Assembly (NCBI GenBank): GCA_015680685.1
Contig: MNCI01002555.1
Span: forward strand, 196,971 to 260,970
Reading direction: 5' to 3'
DNA length: 64,000 nt
From: Gnetum montanum
Taxonomy: Eukaryota > Plantae > Gnetophyta
Shown: piece after piece, positions 26,331 to 40,178 of the stretch
How positions within the stretch are numbered: the first letter of the stretch is position 1
Layout: each line of letters starts with the position of its first letter
The notes under the pieces: generated by a model
The model's input: the letters and a program-made list of their open reading frames with translations, nothing else
The model's database searches: none
Told to the model about the DNA's origin: nothing
Translations under genes and position numbers: made by a program

Positions 26331-27597
26331 TTTAACAATGGAAAATGTCAGTTGTTGGAAACACCAAGAGGATTTCCATGTACATAGTTCCAACCTCGAA
26401 TCCATGAGAGAGCTGTGCTAAAGAAAATGAATCTGAGGTGCCTTGAACAGTCTTGTCAATCAAATAGGAACTTAGTTAGTAAACTCGTTAACAATCATGT
26501 AATGAGGTGACAATTTAATACAAGAATATAATATAATATTGATTGACAAGAAAACAAGATCTGCTCCAAGATCTGATCCTGAAGGTAATGAAGATGATGT
26601 AAACTATGCAAAATGATTGTACAATTAAATGTAAATAGGATGCAATGAATTGGACTTGGAACATGTGAGATCCCGAGATCTAGGATCCACCTTATATATA
26701 AATATAATGAATACAATGGGATTTACAAGTGGACTCCGGTTTGGACGAAGTATCCATTACCAACAAGAAGCTATTTAGAGATTAAACAAGCAAAGATTAA
26801 TCTACCTTGTTCACTAGCCAATTTGGGTGTAAGGAAATCAGACTCGAAGCAAAGTTTTTGCTAACTTAAAATCTCTGGCCAAAATCTTCTCTTTTCCACC
26901 CTTGATGCTTTTTTGTTTCCAACTCTTTCTTGCCTTCTTTGCCAATCTTTGCCAAAAACTGCCAACCCTTTGAGTGTTGTCTGCCGGGGTATTTATAAGA
27001 TTAGGGTTAGGAGAAAAACACGATTTAGATGATGTGTGTCCTAGGCTCACAGAATGTCATTGACCTGATATGCTATAGCTGAGGCTTGTGAAGTTATGTT
27101 GTGCTACGTTCTGAAGCATAGTATAGCGTAACCACCCTTTTCTTTAGCGTTGACGGACTCTTCGGTAGCAAACTGTCCCATGGCTATGCTTTGATATGCT
27201 GTGAAGTGTATCCTAGCATAATGACCACTACTACTTAAATTTTGTTATCCTTGTTGTTGTGGCTAACTCAACTCTGCTGCTCCCTTTATGCTACATTATG
27301 CTTCATTACACTGCATAGCGTAACGTGGCGTAATACGCCAAAAGTTAAGATATTTTGGAACATGACTAACTTGCAAAGTTGGAGTGTTTTCACGATGCAT
27401 CCCTTGTTCTGTTCTATCCTCCTAAAGTCTATTATTCTGAGCTACGTAGCATAGCATAGTAGGCCCTTAGCCAAAAAAGAAAACTTGCTAAGATGTACTC
27501 ATCACCCAGATGTTTTAACGTTGTACTTATGAAGATCCTTGCCTAAACTTCAAGACTTTGCTGAATCACCAAGGTCTCAAAATTTCACGGTGTTTTA
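26331..27597 (-). repeat. 5' LTR of element B
   Basis: Direct repeat of 10775-12034, followed by TSD GACAT. Confidence 0.95.
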
Positions 27598-27602
27598 GAC
27601 AT

Positions 27603-29447
27603 GAGCAAGATGGATTGATACATAGCAGAGATGGTCAGACCATCTAAGGCCAAGATTAAGAGGTGGTGACCTCAAGAGAAGGCTGGCCCCAAGGTCACGA
27701 AGCCAAACAACAAAAAGATCCACATCAAGCTATAAGGTTTGCACGTGGATGCAATAGGTTTATATGTGTAGATGCTAGAAGCTTTAGTTGTATTTATGCA
27801 TATATTTTTTATATTTTTTATGCTATAATGTTAATTAGGTAATGATACTATGCTTTATGCATATATGTGTCAGTCATAGAAAAAGAAGAGAGGGCTGCGA
27901 GAGCATTAGCTAAAGCAGCAGTGAAGGAAGGCCCCCCTCTAGCTAAGGATGTGGTAGCTCATAGAGATGAGCTTCACTAGGTGATGGAGATCCTCCAGCA
28001 ATTGGAAGAAGAGGGGTTACTCCACCCTTATGGGAATGACTTTGATACTTTGTTTGATGCTATGCAACTAGGTGAGCCCCCTGCACTCATGCCTAAGGGC
28101 TTACTAGGTAATCTACTTTTGTTGCCATTTGTTTGTCCTTATTTACTCTAGTACCTTGAGCTATATTAGGCCATGTGATAATTGCATCATTGTATTACAA
28201 CATCAAATTTTTTCACCAACAGTCCTACGTTAGCCTACTACATGGAGCCATGGGTAGAGATGTCGTATAAATTTGCTTTTATGGAAGGCATTACTGAGGA
28301 CATGGTGGACTGCTTGCGACAAGCAGACCTAGAACTAGGTATGTGTGCAATGCTATCATGCTTTGTGTTATCCTGCTTAGTGCTTAAATGATTAGTTTTT
28401 GGCTGAGGTTGATCAGTTGTTATATGCTTATACATCCTAAGGTACAATGTGATCCAAGCAAGGTGACAAAGGTGGATGCTCTACTTAACCTTTCTCTTGA
28501 GGCTGATTAGGTGCCTCATCATATGTATGAAACATCTAACAAGTGCATGCTTTCCTATGCCAAGTTCCTATGGGTTTGCAAGCACTTGAATGAACACCTA
28601 TGGAAATGCATGCATGAACTACAAGAGAAGGTGGCTATCTAGGATGAGAAGATCAAGGATCTTCAATCTAGGTATGACTTTATAGTGGCTAGATCATAGA
28701 GAGATAGCACCTGGTGCACCTATGAGATTGAGTATGCTAGGTATTGGATCATACTTAGACATAAGCATGGGGTAATGTGGGAGTTGGTAAAGCAACAACT
28801 CTAGATGAACTTACATGTTTAGAAAAACTAGGACTAGAAAAACTATAGCACAAAGGTTTATAGGTGGCATTAGACACAGAAAAATCATAAGAATCAATAC
28901 AAGCAGGAGTGTGATGCATACTTGTAGTGGTACAAGGAAGAGTCTATTGAATGCCACTACCTTGATATGTTTCTTTAGGTGACCAATGGAAAGTAGGAAT
29001 ATGACATGTTTACATAGCGTACAATTGTGAGTGACTCTCTCATGAGGTAGATTATCATCCCCTCTAGAGAGGCCTCTTTTTCCACATTTCCCATGGAGCC
29101 ACCCACATGGACTATCATGGATAAAGTCAAGACCCTTGCAGGCATTGAGTTTAACTAGGAAGGATGGATGAAACTTTCCAAAGATGAAATCCTTTATCAC
29201 TTAGAGGCTAGTCTTGAAAAGCTAACTCTAAAGCTCATCAATTTGGGGCCCTTCTAGACTAGTTTTTGCTATGCTATTTTATACTTTTTTATGCTTTTTG
29301 TATTTCTAAGTTATCTTGACACATGTAACATGTGCTTACTAATTTCATATATTTTTTTTATTGTGGTAGGTACCAGACGATGCTGAAGGCCCCAACAACT
29401 TAGTAGAGGAAGTGGAACCTCCACCTGCACCTAATGCTACCAACTGA
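27603..29447 (+). pseudogene. Element D antisense accessory gene, 3' exons
   Basis: PWVEMSYKFAFMEGITEDMVDCLRQADLELG|gtatgt; coiled-coil exon ~28430-29255; last exon 29370-29447 VPDDAEGPNNLVEEVEPPPAPNATN*. Confidence 0.75.
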
Positions 29448-29699
29448 GCATGACTGAATATATCTCCCATGGGTTTTTTTGCTATATTTTTGCTATGTAA
29501 TGCTACTCATCCTATGTTATGACTATGTATTGCTATTCATGCTATATTTTATTATGTATGACTATTTGCTAAGTGCAATGTGCAAAATTTATGGCTATAT
29601 AATGATTTTATCACATTTTGCTATGATAACATGCATAAGTGATGAATTAATGTGGCAAAGATGTGTTATGCTAGCCTAAAGTTATGAAATGATAGTAAT

Positions 29700-30020
29700 A
29701 CTAGGCCATTGCAAGCCATAGTGACTATTGTTAGTTTAAAGCCTTGATGGGCCTCATGCCAGTTTAAGGCCATAGTGGGAGGACCAATGCTAGTTTTTGG
29801 CCATTTCAAGTTGTGCGTTGCCAATTTTAGGCCATAGTGAGCCATTGTTATGGGGTTAAAGGTGATATGACTTGCTAGTGTTAGGCTGTAGCAAGACATA
29901 GGTAATCTAATTTAAGGCCATGATGGGCCACTATTATAGTTTAAGGCCATTCCATGCTACAGTGATAGTTTAAGGTCATTCTAGGCTACAATGATAGTTT
30001 AAGGCCATTTTGGGCCACAT
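29700..30020. repeat. Degenerate tandem array (AGTTTAAGGCCAT core) between the gag-PR stop and the antisense gene 3' end
   Basis: At least 8 AGTTTAAGGCC-like units; homologous arrays at 22060-22190 and 39640-39995. Confidence 0.75.
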
Positions 30021-30346
30021 ATTGCTATCTCTCTTTTTTTTTGTGATTTTTGCTTTTATGATTTTTATGCATTTTTTATGTTTTTCATGCATTAAGGTAT
30101 AATTGCAAAAGTGTAAAGTAAGCAAGAAAATGTGTAGACAAAGAAAATGAATGCATAAACAAAGTAGATAAATGCATAAAGTAAGCAAACTAATGCATGA
30201 TTTGAGCAATCAAGCTAAATGCAAGTAACATGCTACAATGCTAATCTAATGTGAAAAAAATGCAACATATGTAGAAAATAAAATATAGGGCATGAAAATG
30301 GGAATAGTGGGTAAGCACCTAGCACATTTTGTACTAAGAGGGTACC

Positions 30347-33300
30347 TTAGTTGCGTAGTTACTTCCTAACTTGGTGTGCATTAGAAGGCATGTGCGGTCT
30401 AGATTGCACTATCTGGTAAATTCCCTTGACCTTTTCTTGCTATGTCAAAGGGAAACTCTACCTAAAGGGCATCCTCTAGGAGGTTACTATCATCTACCAT
30501 TCTTTCAGTTATATCTGGTTCATGCATCTCATTGTTTGCCATAGGTGTGTCATCAAGAAACCTAGCTTGCAATCCTTGCTCCATGTCTACATTGTTGATG
30601 GCTAAAGGGGTGGCATTATGACCATGGATGATAACTTCACCACCTTCATATGGGAGGTGGATCTCTTGATGAATTAGAGAGAAGATGACTTGTAATTAGG
30701 CTAGCTAAGGTCTGCCCAATATCAAGTTGAGGCTTGGCATCTCTTCTATGATAATGAATTCAATAGTGGTGGGGAATTGCTTCCTTGCTACAAAAGCTAT
30801 AGTAATGGTGCCCCTGACAATGACGTGTGACCCACTGAAAGATTTCAAGCATGTAATTTTGGTTGGCCTAATTTGATTTGTAAGGCCTAGCTTATCCACG
30901 ATGGTGTATGGTATTACATTTGTTGCTACTCCATTATCATGTGCACTCTATGGATCTTGCATTGCCCAATGCATATAGTAATAAACATAGGAGCTGTTAT
31001 GACCTTGCCCCTATTAGGATCAACCTTGATTGTTTCATTGTGAAATGTTAGGGGCATTGAACTCGATTCCTATGATGCAGAGGTAGCATCATTACATGGA
31101 TAGAGGTCTCATCTATAGGGATGTCCTTTGTAATAGGGATGGAGATCAACATCCACAGCAATGCTTTGTAGTGGGTATATGAGGTTATGATTAGGTTGTA
31201 CAAGCTCAATGTTATATCTTTCTATTTAAGCACTTGTTTGACATGAGCTAAGGTTTCAATGAAGTCCTTGCCATTAGCTCCATTTTTGTTGGCCTTGATT
31301 GCTTCCATGTGGCCTAAGAGATGGATTTCTCATGGAGGCTACTTGGGCTTTGTTTGGTTGGCTTGCTTAGGAGCCTTAGTTCTCCCTTGTGATTTGCTCA
31401 TTGTGGCTTCTTTGATTGTTTTGGATATAGGAACTAGCTCTTGGCTCTCAATGTTGCCTAATCATTTTGTTTGCAAGACACTCGTTGGGTCTCTTATGTT
31501 GCCACCTTGGGGGCCTATGAATGTTGCCAGTGAGATTGGCCCTTGAAAAGGAAGGGACTGAAGTGTTGGCTACTATTGGGCCTTGGATAGGTGAGGGGCT
31601 AGCATGTTTTGATACTCTAATAATGAAGGATGGCTAAATGATTATTGTTGATGCGACATGCATAGAGACCATAACTATGAAGGACATAGTAGGTGCTTGA
31701 GGTGACACTTTAATAATGAAAGGGGGCCTCGAACTAGTGGGGGCTAAGGGAATCCTTTCACTACCAGAGGGCACCTAGACCATGAATGGCTACTGCACTA
31801 GTTCTAGATCATCATCAATGCTGATAGCATTTATGACATAGTCGAAATCATCTGCATTTATAGGGTCATTGTACACCATCATGGACTAGTTTTGAGGCTT
31901 GACCAAGTTTGCAGTGTCAAGTACTAGCTCACCTCTATTGATCATCCTTAGTAGGTCATCTTTCATGTCTAGGCAAAAGTTCATGCTATGTCTAGGCAAC
32001 TAGTGGTAATGGAAAAATCAGTCTAGCCTAAAATGTCTTGGGACTAGGGGCTTGTTTGGTGCTTCCAAAGTGGGATTTCCTAGTAGCTCAAAGTATCTAT
32101 CATGTTTTTTGTGTGCAACCTTGGACATTTATTTGTATTGGATGCATCTAGCTTTTAGTAGCTGGTCTAGAAACTCTAAAGGATTTAGTGGAAATAAGGT
32201 ATATTTAGAACGATCCTTTCACTCAAAGTTGGGCCTTTGAACAACTTGCACTGTGGCCACCAAGGATGTAGGCTAGTTGATTATCTTAGCACTAGAGTTG
32301 GTAGATTTGTTACTAGCCAAGGCTTTGGGCTACTTAGCCATCTACCCCTAGTTGATTCTTTCGGCTTCTTTGACTACAATTGCCACCATTGCATTCTACT
32401 TTCCCTTATCTTTGTCCCTCCTTGCATCCTGGCTCTTGTAGGCCATGTAGGCCAATCCTTGCTCACTTCTACCATGTCTTCTATGCTTTTGATTTTAGAG
32501 AAGGCTTAGCTTAGGGATTGTGGACCCAAGTAATACAATTTTAACTTTATAAAGTTGTTGAATGCACCCTTGAAAATGGCTAGGAGATGTGCTTTAGCTA
32601 TCAGCTCTTGTATTTCATTAGCAAGGAACTCTAGTGTTGAATGAACTTCTATATGGGCTCTAGGTGGCCTTTCCTGACTTGCATTAGTTGGTCTAAGGTT
32701 GCCTCTAGCTTCAAATTGTATTTGAAACATATTATGAATTGGCTCAAGAGGTCATCCAAAGACGAGATAGAGCCTCTAGGTGATGCATGGTACCAATGTA
32801 ATGTAGTGATAGTCAGTGACATGGCAAACATGCACATGATGGCATGCATGCTTGCAATAGTAGGCACTTAGAGCTAAACATGACCAGATGCACATTGGGA
32901 TCTCCCTTACTATTGTATTTCATGAATTGAGGTAGTGAGGCTCTATTTAGAAGAGTTAGAGGTGAGACCATAGGACTTATAGGGTTCTCCTGGTAGATGT
33001 CCACCACTTTGATAGTTTTGAAAAAGGTAGCTTTGAGTTGCCTTACCTCTTTTGTCAAGCTTTGGATCATCTAGAATGCCTAGTCTTAATTTTGAGATAC
33101 TCTAGTTGGCTATGCTAGTTCTATTATATGATATGCTAGTTGTGCTACCTATTGTTGGACTGGCTATGTGGGACATGCCCTAGTTACATGTTACAAAACC
33201 ACACGATGCACTTGATGCATTGGCTTTGCTATGGGGATGGTGATTTGGTAAGCAACACACACATGGGTTAAGTTGGCACTGGGGATGTTGATGAAATAGG

Positions 33301-33574
33301 CAGGATATAGGATGCCTGTGTGTTTTTGGGGGCTATAGATGGGCCCTGCATGGACATATGGTTGATTTAGTGTGATTGCTATAGGAAGAGATGGTTGAGT
33401 GGGTTGTGATGATGCCAAAATGGTTAAGTTAAGGGGAGCCACTATGTCATAATGTGTGTGTTATATCTGATGCGTTGCTATTACAAGCATTGACTTAGGC
33501 CTAGTGAAGTGGAAAGGTGATGCTTGTGTTATATCATCTTGAGGAGAATGGGTGAATGAGGTTGAGGAGGAGCT
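30347..33574 (-). pseudogene. gag: gag-protease of element D (N-terminus continues at 61090-~61530)
   Basis: KYNSKGDPNVHL, FKYNLKLEATLDQLMQV, protease ...NLILGRP; stop TAA at 30347-30349. Confidence 0.88.
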
Positions 33575-35264
33575 TGAAACATTATCAAATTTGGAGCTCC
33601 CAGGTCTTGACCAAAAATTTGGCTAAGTTTCAAAACTTGGAAAATTTTTTCTAAGTGTTAAGACTATGCTCTCATTGCTGGGACTATGCTCTAGAGCATA
33701 GTTAGTGTAATTGACATTGACAATCTAGATTTACAAAATTCTTCTAAATGTCAATAGTAGCTACAAATGTTTTGAAGTGTCCTGACTATGCTCACACTAT
33801 CGGGACTATGCTCTAGAGTGTAGTTAGCCTTGGGATGATCAATTTTGCAAATTTTCCTAAGTGTTAAGCTAGAGGTTGCTGAGCATGTATGGGATGGATG
33901 AAACAACCTGGTAGATTTTCTAACTTTTGGTACTATGCTTCAAAGTATAGCTAGTGTAGTCTACATGTAAGAATCAAATTTTCAAGATGTTTTTATGTTT
34001 TTTGGCTATGCTCCCCTTGCTGGGACTATGCTCTAGAGTATATTTAGCATAGCCAACACTAAACTACACTTTTTTGCCAAATTTTCCTAACCCCTTGGGC
34101 TACACTCTAGAGTGTAGCTAGTGTAGCCATGTGGAACTACCTCTAGAAGCTTCCAAAACTTAGCACTAGCTTGCATCTCAACTTCATTATTCCTTCAGCA
34201 AGTAAGACCAGTAAGTTTTGTCTAATTTGCATCCCTCAATTAACCCCAAGATGTACCTATTCTTAACACCACTCAGAAAAGTGGGCATCATAGTCTCGGA
34301 GCATAGTCTCCAAGACTGTACTCTCTTGCACTATTTTCAAGTACCTTGTGATCTATTTAGCACTCTTACATGCACTATGGGTAGTGTATTCATAGTATAG
34401 TAGTTTCATAGGGTCCATTGGAGCACACTAGTAGAACACCATTTTGATCCACTAGGAGCATAGCTAGGATCAGCATAGTCCCAACTACACCCTTTGTCAT
34501 GTGGTGCCTAATCCACGATTCATGCTAATCCTATCCCTATAAACACCCAAACACTTCATGTTCTAGGGGTTGACGAATCAAAAGCAAGATTGGCATTTTT
34601 CAAACATAGTTGACATCTTCATTCAACAATTAGCATTTTGGCTTTCCAAGCACCCACACATCCGAGCACACTTAGCACCTTGATAGACTTTGTCATACCA
34701 TTGGACATTGTTGCATGCTGCCTAGTGATTTTCACACCTTCAAATCCCCTAGGACACTATGGTAGCCAAATCAATAAGCTTAGGCTTCATGGTGGATGTT
34801 AATCTTCATAGCTAGACACCTTGAGACTATGACTACGCTACCTACTATGCCTATTTGTACACTACATACCTCCTCACCTTTTCTTTATAGTTGACTACAT
34901 TCCCCTCATTTGGGGTGCTTCTATCTTATATTTAGCTTGCATTCTATGCATGTTTCACTTTTTTGGCATTTTACTCACATTTTTCACTATTCATGCATCT
35001 ATTTGCACATTTGCACCTCCATTTTTGTGCTTAAAACTTTGACTACACTCACCTTCGTGAGCACTACAAATGCCATGGACACCACATAAACACATTAAAA
35101 CACATTTTTTATAACACTTGTAAGTCCTAGTTCAATCAACAAGACCATCCTAGGCACCCTAGTTCCATTTTCCAACAAGCCCTCATGTTGGAGTAGGGTC
35201 AAGGCTATGCGATCGTCGACCTCTTAGAGTACTATTCCAACCTCCAACATTTTTGGTTGATATA
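33575..35264 (+). repeat. 5' LTR of element C
   Basis: Begins TGAAAC; aligns with 59422-61084; TATA CCTATAAA near 34536. Confidence 0.93.
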
Positions 35265-35270
35265 GTTTTA

Positions 35271-35288
35271 TAGAACTAGAAGGAGGAC
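35271..35288 (+). promoter_or_regulatory. Degenerate tRNA-Asn PBS of element C
   Basis: TAGAACTAGAAGGAGGAC resembles TGGCGCTAGAAGGAGGG; 6 nt after the LTR. Confidence 0.7.
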
Positions 35289-35699
35289 CTTATCCATTTC
35301 ATTATTTGGCCATATATTAGTTGTTGCCTTGCATGCTCTCTATACTCTATGTAGATTAGTCCCTATCGTTAATTCCCCTAGAACCCCACTTGACAACATT
35401 GGTGTTTACACTTAGTCAAAATTCTAGGTCCTAGTAGAGTGTAGCTAGCTCCACAATAGTAAGCGTAGTTGGCTCTAAGTGTAATCCCAAAGTTATCCAT
35501 TTTTAACACATTGATACTTAGTCATTTTTGTTTCATTTCATAGTTCTTTATTTTTCTACAATTTTATACTTAGCCATTTTCTACATTTTTTCACTTAGCC
35601 ATTTTTCTGCCTGTTTGGCCCAAGCAACATTTTGTATTTCTCTTTACATCATGTACCTTGAACAACCCTTGACCTCCACTTTAGATGAAGTTGTGTTCT

Positions 35700-38600
35700 G
35701 GCTTGTATAGTAGGAGTTTCTGGTTGACATTCTTGGGGGTCCTATCCTAGCACAGACGTAATCTCTTAGGTTGTGCAACCTAACGCCTGAGGTCATTGTG
35801 CTTAATGATGATTAATATAACTTTGTTTGTGAAATTTTCTAGGTATTTTAACCTTTATACTACCAAGAAATGGAAGCCAAATGTAGTTATGAGCACATGC
35901 ATTGTAACTGGAGGGAATGGTTCCCTTTTGACTTTGACTTTATCCTGCTCACAGAAGACTACTAGTGGATGTTAGAGAACTACACCATGAGGATCTAGAT
36001 GACTTTGAGTTTTAGTCTAAGCATGATAACCCATTCTATGTCTCATTCTAGTAGGTAGCCTCTACTATTCCTCCTTCATCATCCCGTAGTCCAGTGTTGC
36101 CACCCAAGTTAACACCTATGGTGGTAACCCACTAAATGTAGTAGACACCAAGATGTTACTCTATGCTTCAGCCTTCCCTTCAACATGCCTTTTGTCATCT
36201 CTTCCCATCTTGTTTAGTATGTTCAGGTTGTTTAGATTGTTAAGGTCACCTAGCCTTTTGTAGCAACAACCGTTTCATCCACGTAACCTTATGTGCACAC
36301 TACGTACATTTGGCCCTCATTGTATGCAACTTAGACATCATTAGTCCTACCTATCATGTTGACATCTTTTTTGATAGCCCAAATATTCAACCAATGGTGG
36401 GGCCTAGGTGCTATGCCCATGGCACAACCCACATAATAGGCATTGCACATGGTCACATAGCCTTGAGGTAGGTTGTGGACTACCCAATAACCCTAGTGGA
36501 TGGCACATACCACATAGCCCACTACAACCACACCCAAATTGGACCAAGCATTCCAGCTAATCTAGAGCCTCACTAAAGAGGTCAAGCAGCTCAAGGTTGC
36601 CTTCTATAAAATAGTATAGGTGATGGACTTTTACTAGGATGATTTGATTAGTCTTGTGGTCCCACCACTAGGGATACCTACAGGGGTCCTACTTCCATAG
36701 TTTACCAAATATAATGGTCAAGGGGACCCTAATGCTCATCTAGTTACCTTTTGGTTAGAGTGCCTCTTACTACAAGAATGGCCAAATGCCATTATCTACA
36801 TCTTCAGCATATCCCCAATAGGGAAGGCACTCGATTGGTATCATGTGCTTCCCAAGGCCTCCATCTCTTCATTAGAGGAATTGCTCATGCAATTCATTAC
36901 ATGCTTCAAGTACAACTTGAAGCCTAAAGCAACCCTAAACCAACTAATGTAAGTGAAGCAGGGACACTTAGAGCCCATACAGAAATTCATTCAATGGTGA
37001 GGAACTTCCCTTAATGAGATTCATGAGCCTATGGTGGAAGTCCACTTGCTAGCCATCTTCAAAGGTGCAGTGAATGACCTTATCAAGTCGAAGTTGTATT
37101 ACCTTTCTTCACAATCCTTAATCAAAGCATTTGCTTAAAATAAGAGCATTTAGGATGTGACAGAGGATAGCAAGGATCTAGCCTACATGGCCTATAGGAA
37201 CCTACATGCAAAAAATGATAAAGACAAGGAAAAAGGTAAGCAAGAAACTACAATCATTGCAATGGTGGCCAACGAAGCTAAGTCAACCAATGCCAAACCA
37301 ACGGCAAAGCCACCCAAGGCCCCAACCAACAACAAGGTAGCCAACTCTAGCACTATGATGACAAACTAATCCATAGCATCGATGGCCATGACACCAACTA
37401 CCATAAGGCCTAACATTGAGTGAAATAATCACTCAATTTATACACCATTACCTATTAAGAAATCGAAGCTCTTGGACCAACTACTTAATGCTAGATGTAT
37501 CCAGTACAAGCAAATGTTTGAGGATGCTTGTAAGTGGTATGACTAAGATTACAAGCTCATCAAGAGCCCTTCATCTACATTTCCTAACAAGCCTCTAGTC
37601 CCTAAGCACTTCATATTGGATTATTTTTGCCAGTATTAGTAATTGCAAGATCATGACACAAACCTTTGCATGGCTTTGCAGGATGACATCCAATGCATGA
37701 CTGATAAGGGTAAGTTGGTTCTTGATGCTACCAACCTAGTGCACCCCCAAAACCCATCAATGGGGGTTTATAAGAACCCTCTAAATATAAGCGATGCAGG
37801 GTACATCATCAATGCCATCAGCATTGATGACAATGCTGAACTAGCAGAGGAACCATTCATGATTCATGTGCCCTCTAGCAACATTGGGACCTCCTCGGCA
37901 CCAACCAGCTTGAGGATCCCTTTTATCATTAGAGCACCACCTCAGGCATCTATAACATCCTTTTTGGTTAGGGCTTTGCAACACATTGTAGTAGCAATTA
38001 CCAAAACACCCTTTGTCATAAGGGAACTGTGACATGAGAACTCCCTACTTGTTGGGAGTCTAGTGGTGGGAAATGCATCGACCCCTACTCATCCAAGATC
38101 CCATCCTACAAACAATGTCAACCATCAAGCAAGATGATAAATTGGAAGGCCTAATGAGTGCCTTGCCAATCAAATGCTTAGGAAGCACTAGGAGTAAAGG
38201 GTATGAGGCCCATCAAATCCTACCCCCTTGTCTTCTATACCAATGGCCCAACCAACTAAAGAGGCTACTGCAACAAGCAGTCAACCACAGAGCACTAAGG
38301 CTCCAAAGCAACCCAACCAACAATGGAGCATTGAGGCTCTAAAGCACACTAAGCAAACTAAGCCAAAATCCCCTCCATGAGAGATTTGTCTCTTGGGTCG
38401 CATGGAGGAGGTGAAGGCCAACACTAATAAAAAAGTAGCAAATAGTGGAAAGGACTTCCTTGATGCATTGGCATAAGTTAAGTAGACTTTATAATAGAAA
38501 AATGCAACTCTAAGCTTGCATGACCATATAATGACTTCCTTCACCCATCATGAAGTGTTAGCACACATGTTGAGCTCCATTCCTATCATGGAGGACATCC

Positions 38601-39379
38601 CAATGGATGAATAATCCATTCATGCTATGATGTTACCTCCTCCTCCACAGGAATTGAGTTCAACACCCCTAGTGCTTTGTGATGAGGTAATCAAGGTAGA
38701 CCTTGAAAAGGTTCTAGTCATTATCACACCAATGTTCATAACTATCCATATGGGAGAATGTAGGATTTGCAAGGTGCATGTTGATGATGGGATGGCAACC
38801 AATGTCATCCCATACATAGTCATTAACAAACTTGGTCTTGCTAACTAGGTTCCACCAACAAAGACAACATGCTTGAAGTCTTTCAATGCATCACAAGTTG
38901 TCAGAAGGGGAACTATCATGATAGCCTTCATGGCAGGGGAGTGATTCCCCACCATAGCTGAATTCATAGTCATTGAGGAGATGCCAGGTTTCAACCTAAT
39001 CCTAGGTAGGCCTTGGTTAGCCCAACTATGGGTTGTCTCCTCCTCAATCCATTAGGAAATCCACCTTTCATATGAAGGTGAAGAGGTATTAATACATGGT
39101 GACAACGTAGCCCCTCTGACCATCAACAACATTGACACTAAACAAGGATTAGAGGTAGAGTTCCTTGATGATACACCTTTCACAAAGAACGAAGGCAAAA
39201 AGTATGAAGCAAACCAACCTAAAGAGCCAATGGAAAACCATGACCTCTTGAAAGATGCTCTATGGGCAGAATTACCCTTTGACACAACTGATGAAGGTTA
39301 GGGCAACTATCATATCATATCCTCTAGGCCCTATGCACCACCTAACCCACACCAGCTTAGGAAACAACTACACGACTAA
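35700..39379 (+). pseudogene. gag: gag-protease of element C
   Basis: KYNGQGDPNAHLVTF...GKALDWY; ICKVHVDDGMATNVIP...NLILGRPWL; stop TAA at 39377-39379. Start approximate. Confidence 0.9.
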
Positions 39380-39639
39380 GGTATGCCCTTGGTTTCATAG
39401 GCATCGAGTCCCTAGTTGTCCCACTTCTGCACATTTTTCTTACTTGAATTTTGTTTGCATTCTATGTTAGCTTGGTTATTAGCATTTTTGCATTGTTTAC
39501 CTTTACATGTCCTTATTCCTCTACTTGTGCATTTATGGTAAGTTTACATTTTTGATTAATTGCTTTCTTGGTATTTAGTTTACACATGGAAAATAGTAAA
39601 ACTCATAAAATTCATAAATGTTAAAAAATTACAAAATGC

Positions 39640-39995
39640 CATAGCCCACCAAGGCCTAAACCTAGCAATCTTTCCCCTTTTGTTGCATGGCCCAAAATGG
39701 CCTTAAACTACCAGCATGACCCACCAAAATCTAGAATTAGCACACATGCTTGAGAAGGCCTTAAAATACCGCATGGCCCACCATGGCCTAAAACTAGTAG
39801 CCTTTTCCCATTTTATTGCATGGCCTGGAATGGCCTAAGACTACTAGTGTGACCTGCCATAGCCCAAAACTAACAACACTCTCTATTTTAATACATGGAT
39901 TGAAATGGCCCTAAACTATCAATGGGGCTTGGTATGGCCTAGAACTCTTAAAAAATTATCTACATACATGGAACAAAATGGCCTAAAACTAACAA
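39640..39995. repeat. Tandem array (ATGGCCTnAAACT core) in element C
   Basis: Multiple GGCCTTAAACT and GGCCTAAAACT units. Confidence 0.7.
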
Positions 39996-40178
39996 TCACT
40001 TCACATCAATTCATTGCACTATCAACACTTAACACACAACAATACACATCATATAGAAACAAATCCACTATATTCCATAAAAGGATAATCTTACATGACA
40101 TGATCATCCATACAACAACATGCAAAGATACACAAAAGTAAAAAAAATTCCCAATGGTAAGGCTACATTGGGATCTAC

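Larger units (their letters stand above)
10775..27597 (-). mobile_element. Element B: full-length 16.8-kb Tat-clade LTR retrotransposon nested in element D
   Basis: Two ~1.26-kb direct repeats; TSD GACAT at 10770-10774 and 27598-27602; PBS, gag-PR, pol and PPT all on the minus strand. Confidence 0.95.
27598..33574 (-). mobile_element. Element D fragment 2 (3' exons of the antisense gene and most of gag-PR)
   Basis: Bounded by the TSDs of B (GACAT) and C (GAGCT); colinear with the reverse complement of C ~36100-42000. Confidence 0.85.
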
